Origin: Iphione sp. A-MEVVRFRX5
Taxonomy: Eukaryota
Direction: 5' to 3'
DNA: 64,000 nt
Assembly (NCBI GenBank): GCA_976226885.1
Contig: OZ320319.1
Coordinates: 72,168,001 to 72,232,000 of the forward strand
Position 1 is the stretch's first letter; every line of letters begins with the position of its first letter. The notes below the pieces were generated by a model, which saw only the letters and a program-made list of their open reading frames with translations, searched no databases and was not told the origin of the DNA. Shown here piece by piece: positions 22,432 through 36,699 of the stretch. A program made the translations under genes and the position numbers.

Positions 22432-25400
22432 GTGAGTTACTCGTTGAATTTACTCTTTTAAGTTTAGTGATGATTATGTTACCTGTATGGTTCAAGAGTT
22501 GGGCCTTGGCAGTAGGTTAATAGGTAGAGCTCATCTTCTTGCCGCCCTCTACAACTGTATGTAACTCATTATTACGCTGTACGTTATTAACATGGACGAA
22601 TTTCCAATAGATATGTATTCATGTCACAGGTTTCGTTCCAAAATGTATATTCCCACATTGTCCTGGACAAAGCTATGTGTTGGTCCTTCCATGTACACGT
22701 ATTAGCTACCATAGACAGTGCAACCCCTGGAGCCAAGGGTGATTAAAGGTGCAATCAACATATCTCAAATATGCATCTGAATATGTGAAAGGCATTCAAT
22801 CACTCATCAACATAATGCTCATGGATTTGTATGCGTAACAACAAGACACGTGGGTAGGGGGGGTTGTACATTCCATGTCCTGGTTTTTCCCCACACATTA
22901 TGGCCATGCATGCAAGCATGTGAATATGTGTTCAAGGAAAGAATGCTTTACTCATTATAACACTGTAATTAGTTGCTGATCTTTCCTGGAGGATTCAGGG
23001 TTCTGGGGCTGATCTTTTCTCCTTGTTGCCACCTACATCACTGCTTTTTACTTTAGTGATGATAATGTCTCATGGGGGGCTCAAGTAGCAGGAGTTGTCA
23101 GTAGGTGGACTTGTTCTCCGTCTCCTGAACACGGGCTGCATCTGTGAATACTACTGTAGAGGGAAAGCAGTATATTTTGGAACAGCAAGCGACTGCCTAC
23201 TGGCTCCTTATATACCATCTCTGTCTACCCTTTCCTTTCTTGTTTATCATCTTTCCATTCGGGTTCAGGGAATACGCGATTATCAGTTGCCAGTTGTTCC
23301 TTTGCCACTGCCTGTTTCTGCGAGTCTCTCATAATTGCACTCTTCTTTAGAGGATGATTTCCTCTCATTTGGGATTGTTGGGGATATTGTTTTCCTGGGG
23401 AGGGGTTTCTAGCAACCTAACACTTTCCTCTGTCTCCTAGCTAGCCTCTGAATTTATGAGTTGCTCGTTATTGCTGATAACTTCTCCTATTTCGTACCTT
23501 AAGACGAAAAGGAACGTTTTTCAGTGCATGGGCGAATTTACCCTCTTACTCCTCACTACCTCTTTTTATGTCTCATCCCCCCTTCTTTCTCTGATCATCT
23601 ATGTTTTATCCTTTTTTCGGTGGGGATGGGTGGGATGGGGAGGGATTTGTCAGCATGCTGATACTATCCTCTGTCTCTGGTGCTTTGATCCTTGAGTTCC
23701 TGATTACAGAAGAATCCCCCCTCTCCTAAGGGCATTATTCCTTTGCCTCCTCACTGCTCTCCCCATCTTTATGCTCTTAATCACAATACGTTCATTTATA
23801 CGATCACCATCTCCAGCCTCACCATCGCAAAACCTCCTCACTTCTGTCCCTGTATGTGTTCTTTTCATCCAAGCATGTCTGACCATTGTTCCATTTCCTC
23901 CTCTGCATGTCCCTATCTGTATACTCTTCATCAAAAGAGTCCCTTTAATAAGACCTCTATATGTCAGCCATTAGTAAATCAAGACTTTTAGCAGTCCTAC
24001 CTGCCCTCTGGTTCCTTGCCACTCTCTCCATCTAGATGCCAAGTTAAGCACACTCTGTCCTTACTGTTATATCTAGGCACATCAGTATAGACTTGAATAC
24101 GCCCGAGTCCCTCTTAATCAGGCCTCCCTGTAACATGAAGGCCCCGAGTGATATAGAGAGAATAACTCGCCCGGCCTCAAGTAACTTGGATAAGGGGTGA
24201 TGTGCAATTCCTAGTGTAGCTGTCATACGTAAAATGGGTGCTTCGGTGGTCAGTAATGAGTTATTTGCAGCTAATTGAATGGACGATCAGTGAAAATTCA
24301 CGGCGAACCTGGTGAGGGACGGGAACCCGTGCAAAGTGTAACTACATTCTGCACCCTTCCCCCCCCCCAAAAAAAAAACACATGAAATACGCAGGCAGCG
24401 ATTACAGCGGACGATCAGAAGATGAATTCTAGATGTAGCCTTCATTGTTTCCGCAAAAACACTCCGTTATATGATCGACGTTCATACGTTAACAGTTAAC
24501 AATAGACACATTATTGCTATATTTGCCGTCACTGCTATCGTAGATGGCCATCTTTTCTAGTGCGATAACACGGAATTTTGAATGAACGCGTCTGTTATAC
24601 GAACACCATTCAGTGTGGCTCTCAAATGGCAGATGTCAGACGATATTGGCCTTTTGGCAGCTATAAACTATAACCAAGTTCCAAAGTTCTACAGGTACCT
24701 CCTATTTCCTGGGAGGGTGGGTGTGTCGCGATGGGGAACCTCGGTACTGTGGCTATCCAGTTATCTTGGAAGTACCTGAAAGTGAACTTAAAGAGGAGGA
24801 GCTTTAACCAGCTGCCAGGTCGGTACATATACTCACCCTCGGTTAAAGTACAGACTATTTTTCCATTGTGCAGATGGCAGTTTTACTCATCCATATAACT
24901 TATTCTTATTTTTCTTACTTATTTGTTTTTATGGTGGCTAGGTTGAACCAATGGCACCATACCCGAATAAGACATAATTACTTGTACAATATACAACTGT
25001 ATGTGTCTAACTGAACAAACTGTGACTGACTTGGATGGGCATCACTCAGAAATGGCAGTTGTAGTGCCTGATTTAAGACTCGCTCATAATGTAAAAGAAA
25101 TATTGATGGATTGGCACACCTTATACCTTGACTCAAAGTATAATTGATGCCTGACATTCACATACTAGATTTTAATCGATCTGCACTTCTGTGAGAGAGT
25201 TTTTCGAAAATAAAATAATCTCTTGAAATATTAATCTATATATAGACTCTTAAGATTCGTGAGTACTGCGAAAATATCTGAAAAATTGCTTTACTGATCT
25301 ATAATCCGAATGGTGGAATATTTACTGGATAAAGGTTTTATTTGCCTAATTCCTAGCGATTCCTCAGGTGACAAACCAAAAGCTTTCCTTTATTTGCAAT

Positions 25401-28400
25401 CTGATAGCCTGAATTTTCAATGAGTAAACCTTTAATCAGCTGATCGCTTGGTACTGAAAGGTCGTCTACAACTAGAAAATATACACAACTTTCCAGAGTA
25501 ACAGCAATCAAAGATATACATGTAATTGTATTGACTGCATGCTAATGAAATTGGCTTCCCCTATATTTAGTCCCCAAAACATAGAACAAATACGGTGCAT
25601 CACAAAGTTGGACAATGTACAAGCCTCCCAGCGATCATTCAATTGCATGATGAGTCATGGTGAGCATGAACCTGCTTCTTTGGTATTCTGATATGTGACC
25701 GTTTAAATAATAATTACTTTGTGATAATTGTACTCATATTGTCCTCTCCAGTAAGCGTTTAAATACCGTACCGCAGTAGTCAGGTAAGTGTTTTTATTAT
25801 TCATTTGGAAGAAATGAATTCGGAACGTAGATGCATAACATTTGGGTAAAAGCCGCGTGTCGACCGTAAGCTACATGTCCATTTTTCACTGAGTGGACAG
25901 GCTATTTCAGGGCGACCTTTTGATATGTACCGTCACGATCTGTTTCACGAGCTCAACTGATGCTTCCATACAACACCTGTTGTATTCTGTCTGAATAAAG
26001 TCTCCATTCTTACATTATGCTTCCTTTCCCTTTCAATCCATACCATTTCATGTTTGTGAGTCTATATTTGCTACTGCTTGTTTCGCGTTCTTTTTGTCCC
26101 TGGACTTGTATCTCTGTCATTTCCCTCTCGCTCATACTTTCATTCTCTGTTATTCTCTCTAAGTTCTCTCTCTTTAGGTGTCTTTGTCCGTGTGTCTCTC
26201 ATTGTATCGATGTCTCTTGGTGGTTAGTACATCTATCTTGTACTTGTATACGGAAAAATACATATACACCCAGTTACACATCCAATTGTTTTCGCTATGT
26301 ACGCTTCTTAATTTACACGGGGAGGGGGATCAAATGTAAATATGGCCTTGACATCTATTGATCAATATAAAACAAAAGGCCTACCATGCATTTGTAAAAG
26401 TGTATTGTTTTAACCATTCTTAATTGGCATATCGTTTGCATAACATTGGGGTGAAAGGTTAATGTAAGGGGTGTAAATTCTTCCTTTGAGTAATGTTGTT
26501 GACCCTTTTGTGTTATTTGTAATCAACTGGAATGAATTGGTCCGTAGCGGTTCGAACATTTTTTTCACATCATACAACTCACATGCGGGCTGCTTAGTAA
26601 TGGGTCCAAATAGATACAGCATTCTTAGTTTTTGCATTATTTGAATGCTGAAAATGGTAATCTTTTCAATTTAATTGTATAGATTCAGTTGCGTACATTG
26701 GGTTGGACTTCGTCCACAGTGTGTATATTTGTGTTGGTAGTGTGACTGTGTGTTGGTAGGAGGCGTGGTGAGACGAAATCTTTGAGTCCCTCTCCCCCCC
26801 CCACCATCACCACGTATGGACCATGAGCCTGTTGTTAGAGGACTATCTCGCTAAATTCAGCAACATCCAGGTATTGTGGGAATAATGTCATTATGTAAGT
26901 GTGAAAAATTTTAGTGAACATAATTTGATATCTCCTCAGCTGTAGCTAATAACAGCTATAAAAAAAGAGAAGACGGGGAGGCTAGCGAAGTCAGAAATCA
27001 AGGGAGAGAAACGGACACAAGAAGACATAGCAGATTATTTATTTGGTTGTTAGATCAGTTAGTTTTCAATTTCTAACCCCCTCAGTGAATTTTAAAATCT
27101 TGCAGTACCACGCACCACACATAAATGGCAGCATACGTAGTGTGCATATGTGGATTCATTAGGCCAAAAAAAGCGTGTTTCTACTTACCAACCCCTACCA
27201 TGAAAACTTCACCCTACCTACAAAATTTGTTGCCTCAAAGAGTCTCCAAGGGTGAATTTCTTTAGATGCGTTTCTCATAGCACATGCTTTCATAACCATA
27301 TTTTCTTGGACAGGTGGCATGTTTTCACAACCAACAGTATCATTTACACCATATTTTTATGCACATTTTCAGTAAATTTGATAGAAAAACAGCAAAATCC
27401 AAGTAAATTTGACAAATAAACAGCAAAACTCATGCAAATTGGGTAAAATAAAATTGGGAAAACGGGTGAATTTTATGTAAACTGGGCCAGAAAGAAGCTA
27501 AATTCATGCAAATTCCGCCAGCAAATGGCAAACCTCGTGAAATTTTCACCTAAAATGAGTGAAATCCCTGCAGATTGATATAAAAATGAAAAAATGCTGA
27601 TCAGATGAGAAGAAATATCTCAGAGTTCAGCAAGTGGGGAATTTGACATGAGCATCAGAGTGACTCTTTATATATACTCAAACCTTATGCAAACATTGTG
27701 CACAAACATCACATGATCTGGAAACAACCATGAGTTAAAGTAGCTTGAACAATTGTTGTCAATTGTTTTATACAAAATGACGTCACAGTGCAAATATCCA
27801 GGGTGCCTTATTAGATGGAGGCAATAAGAGTTACTTTGTTCACATGTGATGTGACACTATGAAACAAGTTGTTACATTGTTTACCTAGGAGCGGCCTCTC
27901 CTCAGAACTGATCTCAAGAACATGAGTACTTGGCAAAAATTTTTGTTTGTGCAGTTAAGTATGTCATACAAGGCTTTACTTGGCAGCATATAACTATACA
28001 CTTTATATCACATCAGTACTTTGAGACCATAATTGATAATTAAACATTCTCTATCACAGTTAGTACTGTTACACTAAAAACATAGTAGAACACACATAAA
28101 ACATGCTGCACCATATACACTATATGATACATGTATGTAAGGAAACGGTCTTGGTGTAATCCGTTGTTTTCCAAAATACACACCTTGACAACCATTAAAA
28201 CACGTGCCCAATAAGATTCATGATTTAGATAAGAGATGGAGGAGGAGGGAAATACACAAGGCCAATACATGATAGACTTTAAATTTTAAAATGTAGTAAA
28301 CAAATGTGAATCATTTTATAGAGTACAATTGATCTGTCTCAGCCTGTTCTAGAAAGATGACCTTTCCTTGCCTCACAGACACCCCATGTGATGTCTTTTC

Positions 28401-28421
28401 CATTGACTGATATATTTATTA

Positions 28422-28906
28422 CAGTAAAACCTCTCTATTCCATTACCATGCTATTCCACAACCCTCACTATTCCAGACAGAATCTCAGGGATCAGAATTG
28501 ATTCCACTTTATTCCTATATGTTACTTCCTCACTATTCCAAATATAAAATCAGGGTGAAATGGGACTCCCTCACCTTGCAACACCTGTTCACAGTTTCCT
28601 ATGATGTCCTCATACCTCTCCCTGCCTGACTTCTGTTGTCCTCATACCTCACCCCCCCTGACTACCTTGCCCGCTTTGTCTTCTCTGATGTCCTCCCACC
28701 TCTCTCCATCTGACTACTGTTGCCTTAGTGTCTCCTCTAATGTCTTCACACCTCTCCCCACCTCACTACTGTCTTTGTATTGTGCCACTTTGAGACCCAG
28801 GAGGGGATACAAAGATAGAATAAGCTCCTTCACTATTCCACCACCCTCACTATTACAGGCATAATCATTTTAACCCATGCAGTGCCAGAATATTGAGTTT
28901 TTACTG
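28422..28906. mobile_element. Tc1/pogo-like MITE with an internal degenerate CT-rich tandem array
   Basis: TA|CAGTAAAACCTC ... GAGTTTTTACTG|TA. Internal TGTCCTC-starting units at 28605, 28637, 28689 and 28741. Confidence 0.75.
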
Positions 28907-30849
28907 TATTATGTAATTTTTCATATTGTTACTATTATTGTTGGAAACCAAAGGAAGCAAAAGAAATTTTAAAAATAAAAAAAATCCACCCTCCCTACCT
29001 AGGTTTGAGGTGGTTGTAACCAGAAAAACACCTATTCTTCGGCCTTATAAGAAAAATACATGCACCCTAAGAATGTCAGCTTTCAACAAACATCTACCTG
29101 ACACCCATCTGTACTGAGTTTGGGTCACATTCTGAATATTATATTGCAAAAACTATATTTTAGAGGCTTCTACAGTGCCATTTGTTAAAATTGTATATGT
29201 GACAACAGATTGCCAGTTACTGACGTACGCTACGTGACTATTGTCCCTTGAGTCACGAGCTAATATTTTTGTCTGCTGACATTTAAATGGCTGATTGCTT
29301 TGTTAGTGCCCGTATCTGCTAGTTACTTCTCAAAGTCAGAAGAGATCCATAGTGGCCAGTGCCAATTATATCCTTACATTTTAACATTGTCTCCTGAAAA
29401 TGCTAGTTGTGATGCTCTCTGTTCTGTGCCAGCTATATCTCTTCAGGTATACGTATTGACATTACGTGCCTCAGAAATTCTCTAAATAATCCACCAATAA
29501 ACCACGAATTGAACCCGATCTACTTTTGTTGGTTATTAGGTTCGCAGGTAGCTTTATATATGCAAACATATCGATATGTTTTTGCAAGTTGTCCTGCTAC
29601 CTGAGTTGAAAATGTTGTAGAAAATAATCCATTGAACCAGGGAAATTTGCTCTAAATTCTGAGTTGCCCTCCTAATTGAGTTGCACACAGGAAGCTACTG
29701 CTCTATTGTTTGTTATTTGCTGTTGCATGTTTGTGATGTACACTTTGTTCATTGCTTTCTTGTGCTGTTACTGCTTTGAAAGCTACTTTGTAAAACTACC
29801 TCATGTAAGCATAAATCCTGCGTTTAATAGGCTTACAGAAGGAGTCAGTTAAAAATCCCTTCGAAAATATACTTATATTGCACTGTACGTACCTACTTCA
29901 AAGGCCATCGAACATACGTCATAATATGGGAGCGCGTTGCTGTCACCAACGAAACACCTGGCCTTTTCCCAAGGGCTGATAATAGTGATTGGATTTCATT
30001 CAGTATGCCATTGTTCTACATTGATAAAAGGGAATAAGCTTGACATGGAGAGCATTAGTTTGTTGCGTTTTACCCTTCACATCGTATGATACCGACCTAG
30101 TCCTACCAGGGGTCCCCCATCCATCTTTCAGTGACCTTCTGTGTACCTTTTAATTATGTGTGTGCGTGTGTGCAAGGTTGGAAGCTTATCTGATCAAGAG
30201 AAGTGACACTTGTGACTATATCTTTGGAGAACGTGTGGTCATATATCGGTTATTATAGGTCATTAGATAGTACACTCGTTTCCTGGTTTGGGTAGTTGTC
30301 GAACCTGGACTTTACAAGAGAGGACTACGTGCACGTGTACTCTAGTTACCAGAAGAAAAGAGCCACCACAAGCGCCGTAGAATTTGATCCTTATATTCTG
30401 GTTGGGAGAAGTTGAATATGGTACCATACATAAACATTAGGCAGGCGAGAGAAAATTATAACACCCTCAAGGTTGGTTTTCATGTTAAAAACTACGTCAC
30501 AGAAGCATAGGCAATGTATGTCCATTTAAGTTTTTGCCTATACTTTGAGTGAACGAATATATAGTTGTGGCTCCGCAACCAAACACCTACCGTTCCTGCA
30601 AAAGTATCTGGATACCGGGTAACCCAGTTGTCAAACCAAGCACATGTGCATCTCCTGGTGGGAAAAAGTGGCATAAAAGTAAAGCATGGACGAATTATCA
30701 TAATGAATTTAATTATTCGTAAAATGAACAAAATGGAGTCCAATCAGTTCTGAATGGACAAGTCAGACAACATATCATACGAGTAAAAACAGTGGAAAAA
30801 TCAAATTACTTAGAATTAAAATGTCCTTAATCAGGGTCTGTCTGCACCC

Positions 30850-31010
30850 CTTTAGAAGGTATGGACCTTCTGGAGAAGCCCTCTGAGGAAATGGATACTG
30901 GTGACATCCCTCTGGTCCTCACAAAACCTCACCAGGAGATGAACTGACTTAGTGACATCCTTCAAGGTGACTGGATGTTGTGTCACCTCTTCAGTCTCAG
31001 CCATTATGGA
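30850..31010 (-). pseudogene. Possible pogo/Tigger transposase C-terminal remnant
   Basis: Minus frame reads AETEEVTQHPVTLKDVTKSVHLLVRFCEDQRDVTSIHFLRGLLQKVHTF*, resembling the helical tail of Tigger-type transposases. Resemblance judged by eye only. Confidence 0.25.
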
Positions 31011-31184
31011 CTTATCATCCATAGGGATTAATATACAGTATGTTCAATTTTAGCAACATATATTCTATACATGTATACAGTCACCCCATGCTTTCCGAAT
31101 GGGGGTCTGTTTCAACTTTAGTCCTCCGGATCTAGAGATCATTCATGTATGGAAAATTCTCCATTATATCTCCAGGCTATGTAC

Positions 31185-31420
31185 CTCTGATCGCCAGATG
31201 CCCTGACCCAGTGTTAAACCTTTGTTATACACTTTCAGGTGTGTCCCTCTGATGTCCAGATGCCCTGACCCAGTGCTAAACCTGTGTTTGACACTATCAG
31301 GTGTGTCCCTTTGATGTCCAGATGCCCTGACCCAGTGCTAAACCTGTGTTTGACACTATCAGGTGTGTCCCTCTGATGTCCAGATGCCCTGACCCAATGC
31401 TGAACCTTTGTTATTTCATT
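31185..31420. repeat. 62-bp minisatellite, about 4 copies, with degenerate copies to about 31550
   Basis: GATGCCCTGACCCA at 31197, 31259, 31321 and 31383. Confidence 0.95.
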
Positions 31421-34400
31421 AATTGTGACATTGTGAACATTTCAGCCATGTCCCTCTGATGACCTGATTCCCTCACCCAGTGCTAAATCTCTGTTATATT
31501 AATGATTATCAGGCTTGGTACACTCTCAGCCATGTCACTCTGATGTCCTGACAGTCACCCTGATAGTAATCATCTAAAAACAGAGTAACAATTAGCATGG
31601 GATAGTAAAATAACAAGTGTTCATGTTTGGAAATAGAAACGTATGGAGATGGAGTATCAAATGATCATAGAATAGGTTGGTTGCGCCCCAGAGCATTCCG
31701 AAATGAAGATCATTTGGGTACAGAGTGTTTGGGAAACGCAGGCCGACTGTATCTTATCACATTTACGTTCAGTTACCACAACCTAATGAAGCCAAGTCAG
31801 ACAAAGAAATATGTTGTGTCTTTGTACTTAGAGTTTGCACTTTGTCTTTAGGCAGAGATCACATCACCATTCACCTTCATGGGGACGAGACATGTAACTG
31901 TAATTACCTACATATTTAAAGCGACATGGACTGACACGAGGCTGCCATGGTAACTTTGCATCACTTAAGTTTCAATTTATTTTTGAGATGTTAGCTTTCA
32001 TGTGTACGTACTATTTTTAGTTTCATACTTTATCAAACAAAAGCTGTTGAGACCAGTAGGGTTTTTTTAACATGCTTCATGCTGGTATCATGAAATCTTG
32101 AAAAATAATCTTGATTCTATACCTTTTTACATATATCAGTAACAGATGGCACCATCCTGTATGAGGGGAATATGTACTGTATTTGTACATTATCAACAAC
32201 AGCAAGTGCTGATTTTTATTGCACGCAAGCAGTTTCTTTTTAAATACAAGGGTCTTTGCCTCCATCTTTCCCTCCTCCCTAGCATGTGGACTACTTCAGG
32301 CTGGGATACACACTAGGGCACATAACCCACAGTATGTGGGCTGTCAAGTGTGAAATACCTTGAGAAAGTCACCATTACCATGGGCTGTAACTAAAATGAC
32401 AATGAGTTTTACACGTATTCGGTAGTGGCACCATGCTAAAGGTGTTCTACATATGTGACCAGCTAGGGGAAAATGGTACATCAGTGCCAAACTATTGAAA
32501 GTAAGGAACATTTTGGGGCATCATTTGGTGCAAAGATTATGCTAGTAGCCCTGCTAGATCCTGAGATATCTCAACCCAAAGGTGATATAACCTCCCTATG
32601 AAAACGATGCATTTTAAGGCCTAATACAACCTATGACACTCTGTATTGTAAACCATGGAGAGTTCATTTAGCACCGACAAAAAATCCCTTAAAGAATTTT
32701 TTCCCTTTCCTCAATTGCACGTCTGAATTGCACCACTGAATTGGACAAATACAAATATCCCACACGCACTCAACTAGCCCAGTAGGGATATGTGTGCGCG
32801 TGTGTATATGTGTATGTGTGTGAGTGAGTGTGTGAGTTAGTGAGGGGGAGTCCCTCCTATCTTCGATGGAACCAGACAAAGTTGTTTCAATTATTTAATT
32901 GGTTTACATTTCATATTATCCCCTTTTATAATATTTATCAGCTGAAACAGCATTATGATCATGAACAAGAAGTCCTCCTTGTTTCATATGTACATGCTAC
33001 CTCTAGAGCATCTAGCAGGAATCCCCTCTGGTGTGCAGGTATATTCCAAATCACCCCAAGAAACTTGCCCACAATGTCTGACCCGCTGTCAATTTGTGCC
33101 TCAGAACACCCCGTACCATTATAAATAAATCTTTCTTATATTTGGAAAAAGACTTGATCAATGAAAATTTATTAATTTTTCATCGATATTGCCACACATA
33201 AACATGGACCCAATGGAGCAAAGGTTTGTATCACTGTGCTGGTTTCGTAAAAGGTACCAGCTACAGGTACATTTGACCCCGATTTGTTCAACCATGGTAT
33301 CCATACTTCGCTGACGCTGACCTCTGACTCCATCCCCTCCGTGTGAGGGCGCCCCTGACCTTCGGGCGTCATTCAGTGGTGGGGGATTTGTGTGAATAGG
33401 AGGTATTGTGAGTGCGTTTGTATTGCACAGCTGTACTACACATAGTAGTGACTGCTTCATTGCTTCACTGCTGTACTACGCAATGTTGTAAAGTGTCCAC
33501 ATGAACCATGCGCCATTTATTTCAAAACGAAGAGAATTTCGTTGCATACACACACTATGCTTACATGTACGTATACACATATGCATATGTGTGACCTCAC
33601 TGATCCTCCACTGTCACTTTGTTTCTGTAGGTCATCGAGTGCAGAACCTTATCCTGTAAGATGAAATGATTTAGAAAATGTTTTGTAACAGCCTGGAGGA
33701 CAAGCAGCGAACATGTTTTACTAGAGACTAGTGTTTAGTGATTTGTACACCATTTGAAACTGAAATGAATGTTCCCTCATTGCAAATATAGCAGGTTGTG
33801 AAATGTTGAACCTGTTCAGGTGTCAAATGCTTAGCTTGAGGGCATTGTCTGGCCGAAGAAGGAAGATGCTGGAGTACTATGCAAAGGGTTGTTGTTTCAT
33901 TACAAGCATACAGAAGGTTACACAACTATGTTTGTGTATATAGTGTATTAACATGAACTTGGCCTTAGTCAAGAAGTAACATGAAAATACTCACTTAGGG
34001 GATGTGCATTAAACTCTCACAACTGAGGACAGCCAAAACAGGTCGACACCGGTAACCTGGGGACATTTTGGCTGGAACAACATGATATATACGTGTATTG
34101 GTTATACATGGTACCATCCAGACTGGGGAAATGGGGATCATTTCACTGAGACACCAAGGATGTCCCCAGTTGCTAAGTTCTAGGAGCTAACTCTGTGACT
34201 GCCGATCGCTGACATGACGATCACGTGTGGAAGCACCAGGTAGACCAAGGCCCGAAAGTAGAGTTCCCTGTTCGCCGTGACGTCACAGATGCTATTACGG
34301 CATCTCAGGTGACGCACCGTGTAATTACATCAGTGCTCATTTGTCTACACCAAATACCTGACTGGCGGCAGAGTACACCTTCCCCTCGGCGTTTGTGACG

Positions 34401-35620
34401 ATGTACCTGTCAATATTGGAGTAGCCATGCATTGTTAGCTCCGTTGGACCATTTAGGGAGTTATTAAACAGTGTCTTTGTTGTTGTCGGCCACCATCCAT
34501 CCTCTTCTTGGAGTTGTATTAGAATCGGAAGATTCGGATATTTACGAACTCGCATCTTTGCCAACTCATACCTTAAATAACTCGCACAACATACATGTAA
34601 ACCTCCACCGTTATCAATTTACACCTAGACGAACGTTAAATATTAGTGTAGTATGTACCTCTTTGTACTGAAGGGGTGTATTAATATTTGTGGAAGATAA
34701 TGACTTCCACTGTCTTAGTGTTTAGTGTTTATAAATGTACATACAGGAAGACGGAAATCATTACTTTTAATGGTGACATTTTCAGACAGAAATTAATTGT
34801 GTACGTTGAGAATTATTACGAATTGAATATGCTGTGAGTTGGCACGAATTGGCTGTGGTGTGAATTGCAAAGTTGTGCTTTGTCTTATTTTGGATGTGCA
34901 GATTTCCACATCACGGAATGTAACTCTCCCTCCCGTAATTCTCTGAAATGACCAGTCACCAAGAACTCAAGCACATAGATAACGAAACAGCAAGAAGCCA
35001 TGCAACTAATCAGTCATCAGGAACATAAGAACCCTAATATACAACCATCAACCAATCAAGCCGTCTTGATAATATCTGGTTCTAATTTGTGTTTTTTTAC
35101 AAATATGTTCGTCTTTGAAGTAAAAGGACAAGATGCACGTTTTTCTCCGTGCTAGGGCTTACACCAGAGTCCCATTTTCTTGTGTTCCAATCCCTACAGA
35201 CATGAATTACAGACACGTATACGTGTTGCAAATGATACCCCACGACTTAAATGTGATTAAATCGAGAAGAAAGTGTCTCCTCCTAGGGACATTTTAAAGG
35301 CATGCTACCTTAGAATACATGCATTTTTGATCAGCTCTTTCTATGAGTGGGATGTTAATAGTACCCTAGATGTCAAATAGTAGCAATTTTCTTTTATTTA
35401 TTTATTTATTTATTTGACACAACACATACACAATCGAAATTACATTCGCTCTTCGGGTGTACACGTGTACATTGTTTGTATATAATTATCCATTGTCAAA
35501 TATGAATCTGTGTATCTCCCTTTTAAAGTCTTTAAAATTCAACCCACTATCCAGATCCTTTCTATGTAAATTCCACGTTGTTTGAATTACATGCTTGGTC
35601 ATTTTTGTTTGTAAAGCAGT

Positions 35621-35688
35621 TTTATAAGATGTAATTTGGAACATTGCATAAGATGTAATTTGCAATTTTCCAAATTACATCTTATAAA
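35621..35688. repeat. 68-nt near-perfect palindrome
   Basis: 21-bp perfect arms (35621-35641 vs 35668-35688), one mismatch, a further 6-bp stem ATTGCA/TGCAAT and a 12-nt loop. Confidence 0.9.
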
Positions 35689-36699
35689 TCAATCAACCAT
35701 CTTCTTAGAGAACAGTTGGCTTACTCACTCTATGTACACAGACACCAATATCACCTTTTATTCAGCTGACCTTAATTTGTATCTCGTAGTGTCTGTAGTT
35801 AAATTCCAGTTCACATTTTGATCGAATTTATCCATATAAACTACATTTTAAAACTTCGTTTAGGCTCCCTAACAATGCACACAGGACCTTGATAAGATTA
35901 CTATGTAACCGTTTACACTTGCTCTGTAATGCGTAATCGTGCTTATCTTTAAACATTTGTACGGACAATGTAGTGGTTCCGTTACGCATTTAATCGTGTT
36001 TATCTTAATCTCAAAACAACCATTGTCTTTGCACGAAATTAAAGATAACACATACACCTGTCTAGTAACGTAGCGTATAGCGCTACACAATATGACAGTC
36101 CCTTTAGTAAGATTTTCCGCTTTCTCGCCAAACAAGGCCCAATGGCAGGGACGGCCTTATTGAACGGACTTCAATAAAACTGGATTTGAGTTTTTTTCTC
36201 CAAAAGTAGTCTTATTTTAACAGTGGTGTAAAATATGAGAGAGTTTCATAACTTACCAAACATGTTCTAGATAATGTGGAGTGCGAGACTCAAGAGAGTC
36301 ACTCCTTTGAAGATGGCCCAGTCATAACGGCACTTCAGTGAGTATTTTGTGGGATTAAGCGGGGTATTTTCAGGGGTATTTTTGGTCTCGATCACAGGTT
36401 ACCGATTCACTTCTTCAACAAACCTCAAGTCTCATGTCACCAAAACCCTAGTGCCAACTAAAATGGTCCTTCTGATTCGGTTACCATGGAGGGGGAATGA
36501 AACAAAAATTAAAGTAATACTTAGATAGATCCCATTTTGGGGTCAAACATGAAAATATTGTCTTTGTTATGCTCAATAAGCATGCAGATTTGTCAGAAAA
36601 CTCATGCAGATAGTCGTAGTGTATAAATATGTATATATGCATATTGTGCAGTAGACTTCAGCAGGGCACACACACATGCTCTCCCAGGTAGAATCCAGA

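Noticed and set aside
31185-31420. Regular repeats as a CRISPR-like array
   Set aside because: Units are contiguous with no unique spacers, there are no cas genes, and the context is a spliceosomal-intron eukaryote. Ordinary minisatellite.
33631-33655. Acceptor-like TTTCTGTAG followed by HRVQNLIL, resembling LAT RVQDIF
   Set aside because: Only 25 nt before a donor-like site, and it lacks the NC..VK and AK motifs. Probably chance.
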